Shown here: piece after piece, positions 12,685-26,707 of the stretch
How the letters are laid out: the number at the start of each line of letters is the position of its first letter
Position numbering within the stretch: position 1 is the first letter of the stretch
From: Octopus sinensis
Taxonomy: Eukaryota
Assembly (NCBI RefSeq): GCF_006345805.1
Contig: NC_042997.1
Location: 37,386,001-37,450,000, forward strand
DNA length: 64,000 bases
Reading direction: 5' to 3'
The notes under the pieces: model-generated
Seen by the model: the letters and a program-made list of their open reading frames with translations, nothing else
Databases searched by the model: none
What the model was told of the DNA's origin: nothing
Position numbers and translations under genes: made by a program

Positions 12685-12894
12685 AGCTTAGGATTTCTCT
12701 TGAGACTGGCCAGATTGGAGCAATCTCAATATTAATCAGCCGAAATTGCGAGAATGATCCGGTTCTTGACTGAGGATAAAAGGCTTCCAATGACCCTTCT
12801 GCTTTTTTTGTATCGTCTGTCCCTTTTTTTATCACCTAGTTGTCCGGATGATTTGCGTTCTTTGTTTCTTTTTGTATCTTATATATATATATAT

Positions 12895-12991
<97 letters not shown>

Positions 12992-13190
12992 AATATATAT
13001 ATATATAGCGGCGCACGTACGCTTTGTTCTCTTATATATATATATATGTTAAAAAGTCGAACAAAAACACAATAGAGGACAATAAAACGTTCGGACAGAT
13101 AGACGATACAAAGGAGGACAGAAGAAACAACAATTAGAAGGGCTGGTAAGAAAATTGACGGGTCCTTCGTGGCCTTCTTTCTTCAGTCAT
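12685..13190. mobile_element. Tail-to-tail pair of 'element A' fragments around a (TA)n tract
   Basis: + copy 12685-12880 (cagccgaaatt...gactgaggataaaaggcttcc); - copy 13040-13190 (RC gactgaagaaagaaggccacgaagg); (TA)n at 12880-13007. Confidence 0.55.
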
Positions 13191-13299
13191 ATATGTTGGT
13201 GTGTGTAGGCATGTATGTATGCATACATGTGAACGCAAACAACTCACAAACATCATGCACACAACTAAATTCAAATAAACAGACAGAGAGATACAAATT

Positions 13300-13300
<1 letters not shown>

Positions 13301-13363
<63 letters not shown>

Positions 13364-13386
13364 GAGATAGATAGATAGATAGATAC
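13301..13386. repeat. (GATA)n microsatellite
   Basis: Direct tetranucleotide run; another at about 33985-34075. Confidence 0.95.
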
Positions 13387-14276
13387 ATGGATGGATTAAT
13401 TGATTGATTGGTAGATTTACAGTATTGGTAAACGCAATGTCTGGTTATTGTTACTTTTGTCGCTCTTCTTGTTTCCTATTGTCCCTTGCCAATTTAACTT
13501 CTTTTCGTCTATGTAGAAGTTTTAATTAAATAATCGATTAATTAGTTACTATTCTTGACGAAATTTCAACTGTCTGCAAATCATAGACTGTGAACTGTAG
13601 ATTTAAAGTGTCCGTTGTGTACATTCAATCTGTTAATCTTTGGTCCCAATGCCCCATTGAAGCTCTGGTTCCATTCAGCCTGCGGTGATTTACATGGGTT
13701 GAAGATCAGGGTTGTAAAGTCATTTGAAACTAACTTAGAATAGAACGAATATCAAACGTTATATATTTTTGTTATGGTAATGTTTTATATTTTCTTGATA
13801 CATTTTAAGATTTGACTCAGCAGGAAATTTGCAATATATTAGATTTTTTGTCATGTGTTAAACTATTCAAGACATTGAAGACTGCATGATATTAGAAAAT
13901 ATTGTCACGATCTAAACTCTTGATAATATTTTCATGCTGCATTTGCGTTTTCTACAAAGAGTTCACATTCATAGGTGTGAATAATGTTTCTTCCGAATCA
14001 TGGAGGAAAATACGTTATTATAGAGATTAATGGAAAGATCCACTTGAGAGCTAGCCTCTTCAACAACGTATCTGAAAATCGATCCCTCGTATCAGTGTTC
14101 CTCCTGCAAAGTATATATTGTTTCCAAAGACATGATCTTAAATACGAAAGCTTCTTTCCACTTATATCTAGCGAGATGTTGAACGCTAAGGTCGTAAGGA
14201 TGCGTAAGGTAGGAACCATATTAATCGGAAATGGATTCTATTTTGCTGCGATATTGATTTTCACTTAACACACGGG

Positions 14277-14464
14277 GATAAAATGAAGAAGATGGGAAAG
14301 TTTTAGCAAGCAAAAGCATCTTTTGCGATGTGCATCATACTGCAAAACTTATACGTGGCATTTTCACGCGCGTACATATACGAATATGTTGATAGAGGGA
14401 TAAATAGACGTGATGTATGTGTGTGTGTATACATATATTTGTATAGGTATATATATATTTGTAT

Positions 14465-14522
<58 letters not shown>

Positions 14523-14539
14523 TATATATACATACAAAC

Positions 14540-14594
<55 letters not shown>

Positions 14595-14637
14595 TATACC
14601 TATATAACTATATATATCTATATAAATATATATATAG

Positions 14638-14671
<34 letters not shown>

Positions 14672-14812
14672 ATATATATATATATATATATACCTATATA
14701 AGTATATATATACCTATATAAGTATATATATACCTATATAAGTATATATATATATATACCTATATAAATATATATATATATATATACCTATATAAATATA
14801 TATATATATACC

Positions 14813-14854
<42 letters not shown>

Positions 14855-15022
14855 GATAAAATGAAGAAGATGGGATAGTTTTAGCAAGCAAAAGCATCTT
14901 TTGCGATATGCATCATACTGCAAAACTTATACGTGGCATTTTCACGCGCGTACATATACGAATATGTTGATAGAGGGATAAATAGACGTGATGTATGTGT
15001 GTGTGTATACATATATTTGTAT
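14277..15022. repeat. ~170-bp direct duplication (14277-14445 and 14855-15022) separated by an interrupted (TA)n expansion
   Basis: ataaaatgaagaagatggg...gtgtgtgtatacatatatttgtata occurs twice with about 2 substitutions. Confidence 0.9.
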
Positions 15023-15309
15023 ACGTTAGCCATATTGAAATGGCAAAAATACGTCACTATATATATATATATATATATACGTATATGTATAAGTATATGA
15101 GCCAAAAACAATTTTGATAAGTCTAACAGATAAATGAGCGACAAGATTTCATTAAAATATGCCACCGGTTTCAATATTATTTATATCGTAGCAGTACAAT
15201 ATCAAAAGGGAAATATATTTAATGAAATTAATCTTGTATGGTCATACATTTTCCATACAAAATTCACACCTAAGTAGTCGCAGGTCTTACTCTGGAGGTC
15301 AGTGGCACA

Positions 15310-15318
15310 CTGCAGTAC

Positions 15319-15357
<39 letters not shown>

Positions 15358-15492
15358 TATTAGTAGTAGTAGTAGTAGTAGTAGTAGTAATGGTGGTGGT
15401 ACTGCTAGTAGTAGTAGCAGCAGCAGCTTCAGTAGTGCAGTAGTAGTAGTAGCAGTAGCAGGAGGAGGAGTGGGGCAGCAGTAGCAGTAGCA
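15310..15492. repeat. Compound (AGC)n/(AGT)n microsatellite
   Basis: Direct trinucleotide runs; they explain the poly-S/poly-V/poly-L ORFs. Confidence 0.95.
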
Positions 15493-18074
15493 ATGGTGGA
15501 TTGATTCTGCTTGTGGTAACAATGGCTTTGGTTGTTTTCACTTCACTCGTGCGTTTGCTATTAAGGGAGGGCTCGTAACTGTGGGTAGTAATAATGCAAG
15601 TGACTGGTCGTCGGTGTAGTGGCTGTATCAGCCTTACATGTGATAGGAGAAATAGCAGCATAGGCAGACATTTTAGTCATAATTGTGGAAATGGTAGAAG
15701 TCATACATGTAGTTTAGCGACCCCCTTCAGTATAGTGGATAGATGAAAGGGTCTAGTTGCAATAATTAAGAAGCAGTAGTAGTAGCAGTAGAAAGTCTTA
15801 TAAGATTGATACTGTAAACCAGTACAATAGAGATTTTGTAAGGAAAACAAATGAAATATGAAAACTTTCATTCAGGCATTGCATGAGTAAAGCATCTTTA
15901 AAAAATTGAAATTGGTAGAATGTTTTAACAAAAATGTGAATATTCGTCTCCTTTTGCCATGATAAATTCCTCGAAGCTTTTCTTTTTTCTTTTATTTATG
16001 CACATTCGTTATATATTTGATCTACATTTTAAGCTTTATTATCGCAGTTCTTTCGTCAGAGCAAGTGTGACTGAAGAGCTATGATAATAAAATTAAAGTG
16101 AAGATGAAATATGTAATGTCCAAAACATGTGGCAGTCATATAAATATTGAAATCCAGCTACCAAAAGTCGTTGCAGCTTCTAGAATCTCAATAATATAGT
16201 GGACTCGTATCATTTTTGTACGACATTTTTGTACTTATACAATAAGCTTTCAGAACGGTGATATAGTGCTCACATTCATGTTGCACTTTATTTACAGTGA
16301 AAGGTGATAGAATAACTGTCGTAGGAATCACAAGGCGACTCTTTTCTTTGCCAGTTGCATAATGAAGGAGAAATGTTTATGAAGAAGAAAATGTCTTTAT
16401 TTTGTGTTGGAAAGAGAACCTCTGGAAATTTTTATCGTTGAAGTCACACAAAAGACAACGAGAAATAGCTAACAATTGCTTATGTATATTCGAGAAAAAA
16501 GCGAGCACTATGTATCATTGGGAATTGATACTGATACAATATCTTCTGTCAAACTAGCCGATGTCAGCAAGTCGCTCACAAAATAAATGCTTTGTGGAAG
16601 AGAAGTTGTGCACACCTCTACAATACAAGTGATTTACGGACTTGCATGTTTGCCGAGTGGATTAATTAGCACCAAAGCAGTGTGCGTCAGAGAGCTGCAA
16701 GCAAAATCTGCCGGTAAGAACTAAAACATTAATTCCAGGTAAAAGCTATGAGGCTATATCTCATCTACTGATATATACGGACATAAGATATAGTCACATC
16801 TATTCTCATGCACAAATATACACAGAGATGCGTACTCATAAATATCTAAAAATACGAACACATCTAAAAATATGTATGTATGAGAGAGTGCAATTGAGTT
16901 CGTATACATGTGAAGCTAAACACACACGCTACTGTATTCATTGTCATATTCTTTGTATCGAATCCATTCCAGTTAATAAATAAAATGACAATTTCCTCAT
17001 AAACCGTGCGCTTTGCATTACGTTAATCTCTAGAAATTACACCAGTTGGTGAAGCTGGTGTCGCTGGTGTCGCTGGTGTAATTTCTAGGTTTAATGGTCT
17101 TGGAATAGAAATTGATAAAATAAAAATATCTCTTAGATTTTGGATAAAATGTTTATTATTTTTCTTTTTTTAGTTTTGACTATTCAATTTTAAGATCGTG
17201 ATATCTCGACCAAAACCTAATCCCAATGCTTAAAACTATAGTCAAAGATTATATATGATCGAAATAAAATTCATATTGATCATTTACAATGATACGCATC
17301 CATATTACCAGTAATTCACCTCCCACTACTGTTCATTCATTCGACATTGAAGAGCAGTAAAATATTAATATTCACTAAAATAATGTGCGCTCATAGTAAA
17401 TATTCTCTACTATAATTTGTTTCCTATTTTTATGAACTCTAGTACGTGTTAGCAGAATATCGGCATCCATAACGGAAGGATAATCCTCGGAAGCACTGCA
17501 GTGTGGACGTCTTTGACACGCACGTTTCATTGGGAAGATCCAATGTTATAATGAGATACTACAAGGTAGTTTTATATGGAACTTTTCAAAGTGTCAGTAA
17601 ATCCAATAAGCTATTGATATATTGGATTATAGAACTTGTTCAATGCCTATTTATCGATACATTTATTCTGCGAAATCTGTTTCGCAACTACGGTATTCAT
17701 TTATTTATCTTTGTTTTATTTTTATGGCATTTACAACGTGGACAACGAAGATTATAAATACTAAGAGAAGTCTGTATGTTGCAACAATAATGTACTGGTT
17801 CTGCCGAATGCTGTGAAAATTAAAAAGGTGAACATTCCTTCCTGATCCGTAAGCAAAACGCCGTGGATTGCACAGATGAGCAAAAATCATTACTGAAAGC
17901 TTGTGAATCGCACAAACACACGATATATTTTTTCTATACACAAAATATTGGATATAGTAATTGTGAATACGAATATATAATCTGACATGTTGAATTGTCC
18001 CATATTCTGAAGTGATAATAAGCCTAGTCTTTAGTATCCAGAGGGAGATTATTTTTACAAACAAATAGTAAATA

Positions 18075-18440
18075 GGCGCTGGCGTGGCTGTAGTAAGGAG
18101 ATTGCTTTACAACCATACGGTCTCAGCTTCAGTACCACTGCACGGCATCTGGGTTCTGTGTCTTCGACTATACCCTCGGAACGTCCAGAGTCTTCTCAAT
18201 AGGTTTGGTAGACGGAAACTGAAAGAAGCTCGTCGTATATCTATATACTTGTTTGTGAGAGCGTGTAATGTGCGTGTTTGTGCACGCGCGCGTGCGAGTG
18301 TGTTTGTTCCACACCATCGCTTCACAACATGTGTTGGTGAGTTTACTTCCCGTAACTTAACAATTCGGCAAAACGAAACGATATAATAAGTAATAAGCTT
18401 AAAAAATAAGTTCTCTAAGATCGATTTGTTTGACTTCAAT
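18075..18440 (+). mobile_element. SINE family A, diverged near-full copy
   Basis: ggcgctggcgtggctgtagtaagg...ggtagacggaaactgaaagaagc...cggcaaaacgaaacgat. Confidence 0.8.
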
Positions 18441-19520
18441 ATTCGATATATGAATATATATATGTATGTGTGTGTGTGTGCGTGCGTGTGTGTGTGTGTG
18501 ACTATGTATGTATGTGTGTGTGTGTGTAAGTATGTATATAAGCAATGATACATCTCCGAGCAAGATTCAAACAGTAACAGCACGAAATCGTGAAGTATAT
18601 TTACCACCTAAATATGTCTGACCCATAATGGACGATGCTACTGTAGTTTATAGCCCCAGGAAGACATCTCCTCCAGCTGGCTATTGATACACTGTGCCCA
18701 AGCATTTAGTAAGGATTTTGCACATCTTTGTAATCTACAGCATTTGTAATCTGCACATGAGTATTGAGTTTATATCCCCTTCATGGTGCGGAGATTTGTT
18801 TTAAATTTTGAATTTATTAGTAATACAACTCTTTATTCATTGAGCAGAATTGCAATATTCCGTAGGATAAGAGACACAACGTATCATTGATGCCAAGTGC
18901 ATACGATATATTATAGTTTGGCTCCTGAATCCCCTTATGTTGAATGGCGCCGGTATTGATTTAGACATTTATTAGAATGCGATATATTATGTATGGATAT
19001 TAGTTATATATTGAAATTGATTCAAAGTGGTTTTATCCCCTCCCTCTCTTAACAAATTAATTATCATTGAAGAATGACCATTTGGTTGCGTTGTTGAAAG
19101 CTAAAATATCTATTAAAGGCAGTAGTAAGTTGAAAATGTTGTAGCTGAATTGTAATATATATTGCAATACACTCTCCATTCACAATATGATGTAGACGAT
19201 TTTCGACATAATAACACGTGGATTGATTCAATTACAAAACTAACAAAAAATGCACTTAAAATAATGCAAGCACAAATGCCGCTTATTTCTAATGTTTGTA
19301 TTTATACTTGTTTCGCATTTCTACCAATCTTGAACAGTATTTGTGATTCTAGTTATATGTAAGTGATTTTTCTGCATAAGTGTTTGTTAAAGTACATTTG
19401 GTTAAAACTGAGGAAATATATCAATATTCTATCCAGGTTGCCGATATATTACACTCACATAATTATGCGTGTGAGTACATTTGTGAAAGCTTGTGTAAGT
19501 GCCTAAGTGTGTGTGTGTAC

Positions 19521-19580
<60 letters not shown>

Positions 19581-20379
19581 ACATATATACAGTCATACAT
19601 ACATGTTCGTGGTCTACTCCTTATGTAGAGTGTGACCACCTCCTGTAGTTACACCTTACATTTATCATGGCGTCCGATGTGCTTTCTAAAACCAGATAAT
19701 GTTTTGAAGAAAAGATATCCAGAAAGATTGCCTGATAAGGGTACACTAGGCACATGCATCACAACCACAAGTGCGTGACATGGAGATCTCATATCAAGAT
19801 AAACTGCACATGATTTTGCAGGTGGGGCCCAGTTAGAATTTTCTAACAATGTACATGATAACACTTCCACTCAGTTAAGATCAGAAGCCACGAGAATCAC
19901 TGCCTGGTACTGCAGTTGTTGTTGTAGTTATTGTCATTATTATGCTAAAAGTTTAATATATTTTGGCGGGAGATAGTCGAAATCATCCGCAGCAGTTCAG
20001 TTGCATTATTCTGTAGATTTTCAGCTCAAAACGAGATTTTTCGATTATATATATCGAAAGACATATCGCTCAACTTCTAAAATTCTCTGCAAAATAATTT
20101 CCGTAGACTTGTATGTATAGCACCAGTTATTAAATGCAACAGTCAGTGCAGTTTTAAACGATTTGGTTGCACATAGTTGTTTACGGTTGGTATTTTTATT
20201 TTCTGTTGTATGGAAAATGCATGTGCACCAAGCTAATAATTTCCACTGGGTGAGTAGGTATATGTTTGTGGATGTGTGTACATGCGCGATCGGTGAGAGG
20301 GTTACGCCTGTGTGTAACATGTGTATGTATACAACTTGTATCGTTTCAGTGTACAAGTTATGCTAGTCTTTGTTTCATT

Positions 20380-20940
20380 GTTCATCTCTGAACTCTTTAT
20401 ATCTCTAGGTTTCGTAACGTCCTTATAAAGTCGTGTTATTGAAAGTTCCTTGATGTATCCGCCTTCATGTTCGCTAGATTCTATGCCGCACTCAATAATC
20501 CTATCTTCGCATTCTGGAATTCTCAGCCAGTGCAGCAAATCTTTTATGTCTTTTTCCAAACAATACATATTTTTCGGATATTAGTCTTATAGGATTTATT
20601 TAGCATACATGCGACTACATAACTGATAAGAGATCAAGAGTAGGATCCACGGATGAATAAATATGTCAAACGCCTTCTGGTATATAATCAGTCTGATTTT
20701 CTGTAGTATCTTTTCTGTCAAGGAGTCATTTGGAATTAACTGATATTTCTAGGCAGATTTTCTCTTGTATTTTAGTATGCATGCTTTGATTGTCGCTTGT
20801 TTGGGCTTTGATATCTTATCGCGCAGACTTAGGGAATTATCCTTTCAATTTTGGAATTTCCTCCTTTACACAGATGGTTTTCTTCTTTATCCTGGTGGAT
20901 TTCCGTTCTTTTGTCCTTGATATAGACAGGTTTGCGCTCA
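20380..20940 (-). mobile_element. Highly decayed R4-like RT fragment
   Basis: Minus strand yields YQKAFDIFIHPWIL (cf. DYxKAFDSVPHxW); surrounding frames are broken. Confidence 0.5.
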
Positions 20941-21062
20941 TTTTATCGTTGCTGCTATTGAATAAGTGAGCCATTCCTTTGCGTAGTACTGTAAGTGTTT
21001 CATTGTTAAATCTACCATTAATTGTAAGTATCGAAATATATCTTCTTTCAAGTATCGAATAT

Positions 21063-21242
21063 GCGCAGGCGTGGCTCTGTGGTAATAAGCTTGCTTATTA
21101 CCACATGGTTCTGGGTCCAGTCCCACTGCGTAGCACATTAGGCAGATGTCTTCTACTATAGCCTCGGGCCGACTAAAGCCTTGTCAGTGGATTAGGTAGA
21201 CGGAAACTAGAAGAAACCCAATGTAAACAAATAAATAAATAT

Positions 21243-21292
<50 letters not shown>

Positions 21293-21521
21293 TATATAAT
21301 ATATATATATAAACACATTTGTGTGTCTGTTTGTTCCCCCACCATTGCTTGACAACTGATTTTGGTGAGTTTACGACCTCGTAACTTAGCGGTTCGGCAA
21401 AGATCCTGATAGAATATATACTAGGCTTACAAATAATAAGTTCTGTGGTCGATTTGTTCGGCTTAGCGCGGTACTCCAGCGTGGCCGCAATCAAATGAAT
21501 GAAGCAGATAAAAGAATAAAA
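21063..21521 (+). mobile_element. SINE family A, full length
   Basis: Same head, body and tail as 9165-9600. Confidence 0.88.
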
Positions 21522-22343
21522 TAATATTAATTATGCCAATCTTCAGAATTACTTATTCTGAAATCTTCTTCAAACATTGCATGGTCCAGAAGAATAAGTT
21601 AGGTAGACTCCACGTAGAAGTTTCCTAAAGGAGCCTAGGATTACAAAACTTTCAGGGTGCAAACATAATCGTGAAAGAAGCGCCTTCATTTTCTCTGACG
21701 TCTATACTAAAGGATACTTTGTAATGGACAAAAATATCAAAATATTTCAGTATCAAAATATTTCAGTGGTTTGTGAATGTCTTCACTGGAGATATCCTCA
21801 ACGATATTTTCAGTCACCATTTAATTAAGTCTTCGGATAATATATATGTAGACGGGTGTTGTCTCTGCTTTTTTATGAAAAGGTCAGTAAGAATTGTTAT
21901 GGGAACACTCGAAATGTACGACTTAGTAACCATAATCTGATGGTGGGAAATTTAATTCTGATGAATCCCTTTGATCCAGGTTACAGAAGGACTATTCTTC
22001 CCAATTGCGTTCCTTATCTTGAAATTTCTTTGTTAAATATTATTTTGTGATTTTTTACTGTTTTTTAGCTAGGTTCAAATTCCTATTGATTTATGTTGCT
22101 TCAGTGTATTGTCTCAAGCTACTTGGACACCTGTAGTATCTTATTTAACAAATAGTATTAATACTACAGAATTAAGAGATAAATCGAAACGTCTCGATCA
22201 GAATAGCTTAATAGGTATCGACCTCATACGAGAAATGTAAAAGAAGCTGAGTTTAACGTTTAAAACTGGAACACTTATTTTCATTCAATAGTATACAGAC
22301 ATTGACAACAATGATGGAAATAAGAATAATGTTGAAATCTTTG

Positions 22344-22387
<44 letters not shown>

Positions 22388-24444
22388 TTTTCCATTTTAT
22401 ATCATTGCCTGTCTTAAATTACCCTAATTTCTTTTGGTTTGGTAATCTTAGCCATAAAATACATGCGACTTGAGTGTGTGTAATTAACATTAGTCTAGCG
22501 TAGAAAAACTGCATCAGTTGTTAATAGAATTACTTATTGATATTTTCGTAAGACAGGAAAATTAGCATTGCTCTATGTTAAAAGAGAAGACATATGGAAT
22601 ATGAGCAATTCAGAGCTTAAAATAAACTTCTATGCAAATGGTTCTGTCATGATCTTTTCTTAATGGGTTTACTTTATCTAAGCATAAAGATACATTTATC
22701 AACATGATCTGAAAGGACAAGCATTATTCAGGATGAATGATTTAGGCAAGTTGTGTCGATTCCTTTTTAGAGCGATTCTGAATCATCGATGTATGCTTAA
22801 CAGATGGAATTACTGATGCTAAATCCTGCATATTACGAATAGGAATATATGGATGTTTTGAGAAAACTTCAGAAAAGCTATTAAAGTGTCTACAAAGATA
22901 TGGAAAAGTTTTATTTACAAAGTCTATGATTGGATATCTGTCCTAAGAATTTTAGCTATAACTTATAATGTTTTACGGGAGACATCACATGAAAAATTTT
23001 CTGCGTATTATCTAATCATTATATAGAACACTAAATCACTTATATTATTTTGAAATATTTTAAAACTTGACTCAAGTTATATTACTCACACATTTTCTGA
23101 AAACTTTTCTTTCCGATTATTGTTTTGCCATGCTTTTATAGCGTGTGCTTTATGCCTATACTCATGCAGCAAGAACGGAGAAATCAGTATAAATAGTTTT
23201 CTTATTTTGTATACTTCTGTAGTAATTGAATTGCCTTTCAGAGCTTAATCATCTAACTCAGTTTTTGAACTAAGGGCAAAACAATTCTCATAATATTATT
23301 ATTTTGTTACAAATTTTGGGAAACAGAAGTGTTCCTTATTTGAAAAATACAAACACCCCTTTTATGTTTTTCACTGGATTAGTTTGACAGGAATTTAAGT
23401 GTTGAATGTTAATTATAAATCATAAAAAAGACCACCATTCTTAGTCATATATGTTATAGCATATATACCGCAAAATGCACGTCACGTACATCAGACAGTA
23501 TTCAAAGTGTACTCAATACAAATTGTGAACGAAATCTTAACTTGATTCCATTCCGACAAGATGAAATAACTAACATGTAGACCGATGATATATTTGAAAT
23601 CTACGTACATAAAAATTATCATAATTGCATTCTTTTAACGTTATTGCACTGAATTAAGATACCAGACAAACAGCAGGAAGTAACTGTTTAGTAACTATTC
23701 TTTAATACCAGATATGCTTGTTTTGTTAGACGAAATCTTACGGTGGCTAAAGTTGGCATTTTGAGGCAAAGTATTTCACATGTATTTATGTGTTTCAATG
23801 AATTTTGGCACAAAGAAACTCCGAAGATCTTACAAATCTTTGGCTTGAACACTTTGTTAATTTTGGGGGAGTCATTCCTAGTGAACCAAAAATGACGCAT
23901 GGCCATGTCGCTAAGATGTTGCACACACGATCGTGATATGATGGTTTCAATTTCTAGAGCGGGTGGTGCGTTGCTTTCTTGAAGAAGACACTTCATCTCG
24001 CGTTGTTCTGTGATCACTTCGACAGTAGACGTTTGGTACACCGTGCACTTGTCCAGCCAATGTCGATTTGATGGAGAGAGTGCCCTAATGTACAACACAT
24101 ACATTTGACCACTATAAACAAACCAATTGTGCAGGTCGTTCGCTGCATTCCAAATATGATGATTTCATGGTTCATCATTATTGGTGTCTCTCTGTCAAAA
24201 TACGGGTGCATCCTTTCAGTTTAGTCTCTAATATATTCATTTAAATTCCTACTGGCCACATGCGTTGAAGTACGGTCATTGTGAGCCTCGCTTTCACGGG
24301 TTATATTTGACTATATGGCAGAATTTTAGTCGTTCGCATTATCAATGGTAGAATAAAATCTGATCCCAGTAATATTCCCTGTAAAATAGTTTTCGAATTT
24401 TACCACTATTATAAATAGACGATCGTGCGATAAATTTTAGAATA

Positions 24445-24726
24445 GAGTAATCCCTCACCATATTGCGGTTCACATATCACGGTTCCCCTAACGCGGTTCA
24501 CCTATCGCGCTTCACCTGTCGCGGTTCACCTATCGCTGTTCACCTACCGCTGTTCACCTATCACCGTTCATTATTTAAGCTCACAACGATTCCTCTGTGG
24601 GTTTGTTTTGCATTTTTAATAAAATATACCGTATTATACAGTATTATACTGTATTATACTTCGTGGATTTTCACCTATCGCGGGGTGTTTTGGTACGCAA
24701 TAACCGCGATAGTAGAGGGATTACTG
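24445..24726. mobile_element. Tigger/pogo-like MITE with internal 14-bp minisatellite
   Basis: TIRs (c/g)agtaatccctc...gcggtt / aaccgcg...gagggattactg; TA on the left; about 7 copies of ggttcacctatcgc at 24463-24565. Confidence 0.7.
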
Positions 24727-26269
24727 CATCTAATCTCGATTTCGCAGTTTATTTTCGTATTCATATCACTTCATATATATCAAATTAGCTACAGTCAGTT
24801 TACGTCACAAGTCCATTTTCACATGCGACAGAATAAAATGCCAAACCTTGCTTTTAAATATACTTAGTATAATTTCTTTGAGGCGCACAATAGTAATTAT
24901 CTCTGGAACACTAATGCAAATAAGAAAAGGATGTAAAAAGATGTGAAAATAAGAAAAGGATGTAAAAGTTGAAACTGATGGAGGGTAAGTGTGAAGAGAA
25001 TCAATAAGAAGGCGAAGATCAACAGCATGAAGAAGAACATTAATAGCAATGATAATACGTTGTCATTGTAGTGGTAGTAATATTGATCGTTCTGTTTGTT
25101 GTGTTAGTGGTACTCTTGACGGTGATTATATTGTTACCGCGTAGATTAATATTTAAGGAAACAATAAATGGATAGCGAAACCAGTTGTGATCTTATACAG
25201 ATTTCTAAGGCGTAATTCACTAAGATACGCAAATGAGAATGAAAAGTCGAATGAACGTTAGATAATCTCAATTTATGTACGATATCGATTTCAGCCAATA
25301 TAGGAATTAATTACTTCTCAATTGACGGCTGCAATAAAGTGATGATTAAAAAACAAATAGACAAAAGAATAAATATGTGAGATAATATCATTCAATGACT
25401 TTTGGTGTCAACTTGTCTTTAACTTGTACAGGTATCCAAACTCGTCTCGGCATATTAATAACTTCAAATGATTATTCAATTCAGAGCGTGACTTATACTG
25501 AGCTTTTAAAAATGTGTAATACAAAATTAAAAATGTAAAGTCTAAAATAAAACTTTTACTGTTTAATATTGCTATAGAAACATTTATTTGCAAAATTTTT
25601 TTCCGAATTTTTGTATTTAATCTGAAAGGAATAAGTATATGTTCCTACCATTAACTACAATTTTATTTTTTTTTAAAGCAGGAATGGGGAACAATCATAT
25701 GCATTTTTAACCTTCTATAATAATTAAACGAATAAATTTCAGAATAAGTTACAGATCCGACAAGAAATTCATTGCAAATTTAACCTTCGCTCCAAAGCAA
25801 AATTTCTATCAATTACGAAAACTGAAAATTAGAATAATTATGTATACTTTCTATTTAAATATTAAACTTACACTAAACTCCATAAAATTTATCTATTTCC
25901 TCTCTTTGTGCTATATGGAAATAATATGGTATAGATGTTTCAGTTTCCTTTTCGAGGGGCCCAAATAACAATATAGAGATTTAATTCTTTTTCATCCGCA
26001 GTTATACCATTGATTTTATTCATAAGCTTTTTATATATGTTTACGTTCCAAATGTAGTTGGTTTCAGAAATAACATATTGAGTTATATTTAGAAAGATAT
26101 AGTTCTTTAACAAACGTATTTATATATATTAGCTGCGTCCGAGAAACATTCACGGAAAATATTTAAAAAAATGTAGGCACCTGTAAAGTGTGTGCTGGTA
26201 CCATGAGAAATGTTTATTTATATATATATATATATAACTCTACTCTCTCCAGCGTCGCCGTGAGCGGTA

Positions 26270-26700
26270 CATCATGTGTACGTTGTGGAGAATATACCGC
26301 CAACTTTGCCCAAACGACCTGAACATTAGCTTCAAGGTTCATCCAAGACTGGGACCACGGGCCATATGTCCCCTGCCAAATTCAAGATCACAGCATACAT
26401 GTACACTGCAACATAATTTCTTTTCCTCAACAGGCCCTGTTGAGGAATTGTCCCGAAAGAGATCAAAGAGGAAAAGGATCTCATCAACTTTAAATGGAGT
26501 CTGGATAGATTCCTTCAAAGAATACCAGATAAGCCACCCATAATTGGATAAAACTCACCCAACAAAAACTCACTACTTGAATGGACCATAAACAAAACTT
26601 GACTTAAACAGGATTCAAATAATCCTATCAGGTGGTGCTATTATGTTAGACATGGCCTGGACCAATCTTTGGTCGAAATATATCTAAGTTAATCTAAGTT
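26270..26700 (+). mobile_element. CR1/L2-group LINE, 3' end
   Basis: Frameshifted ...FFSSTGP...KEIKEEKDLINFKWSLDRFLQRIPDKPP...NSLLEW followed by a 3' UTR ending in atctaagtt repeats. Confidence 0.7.
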
Positions 26701-26707
26701 TATATAT

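Noticed and set aside
13575-13730. Possible terminal exon on the minus strand (SNDFTTLIFNPCKSPQAEWNQSFNG...)
   Set aside because: No recognisable protein match and no supported partner exons.
21560-22150. Possible decayed LINE fragment
   Set aside because: No convincing motif was recovered in any frame.
26655-26685. gaccaa-tct-ttggtc-GAAA hairpin as a hammerhead half
   Set aside because: No CUGANGA core upstream; better explained as a LINE 3' UTR stem-loop.
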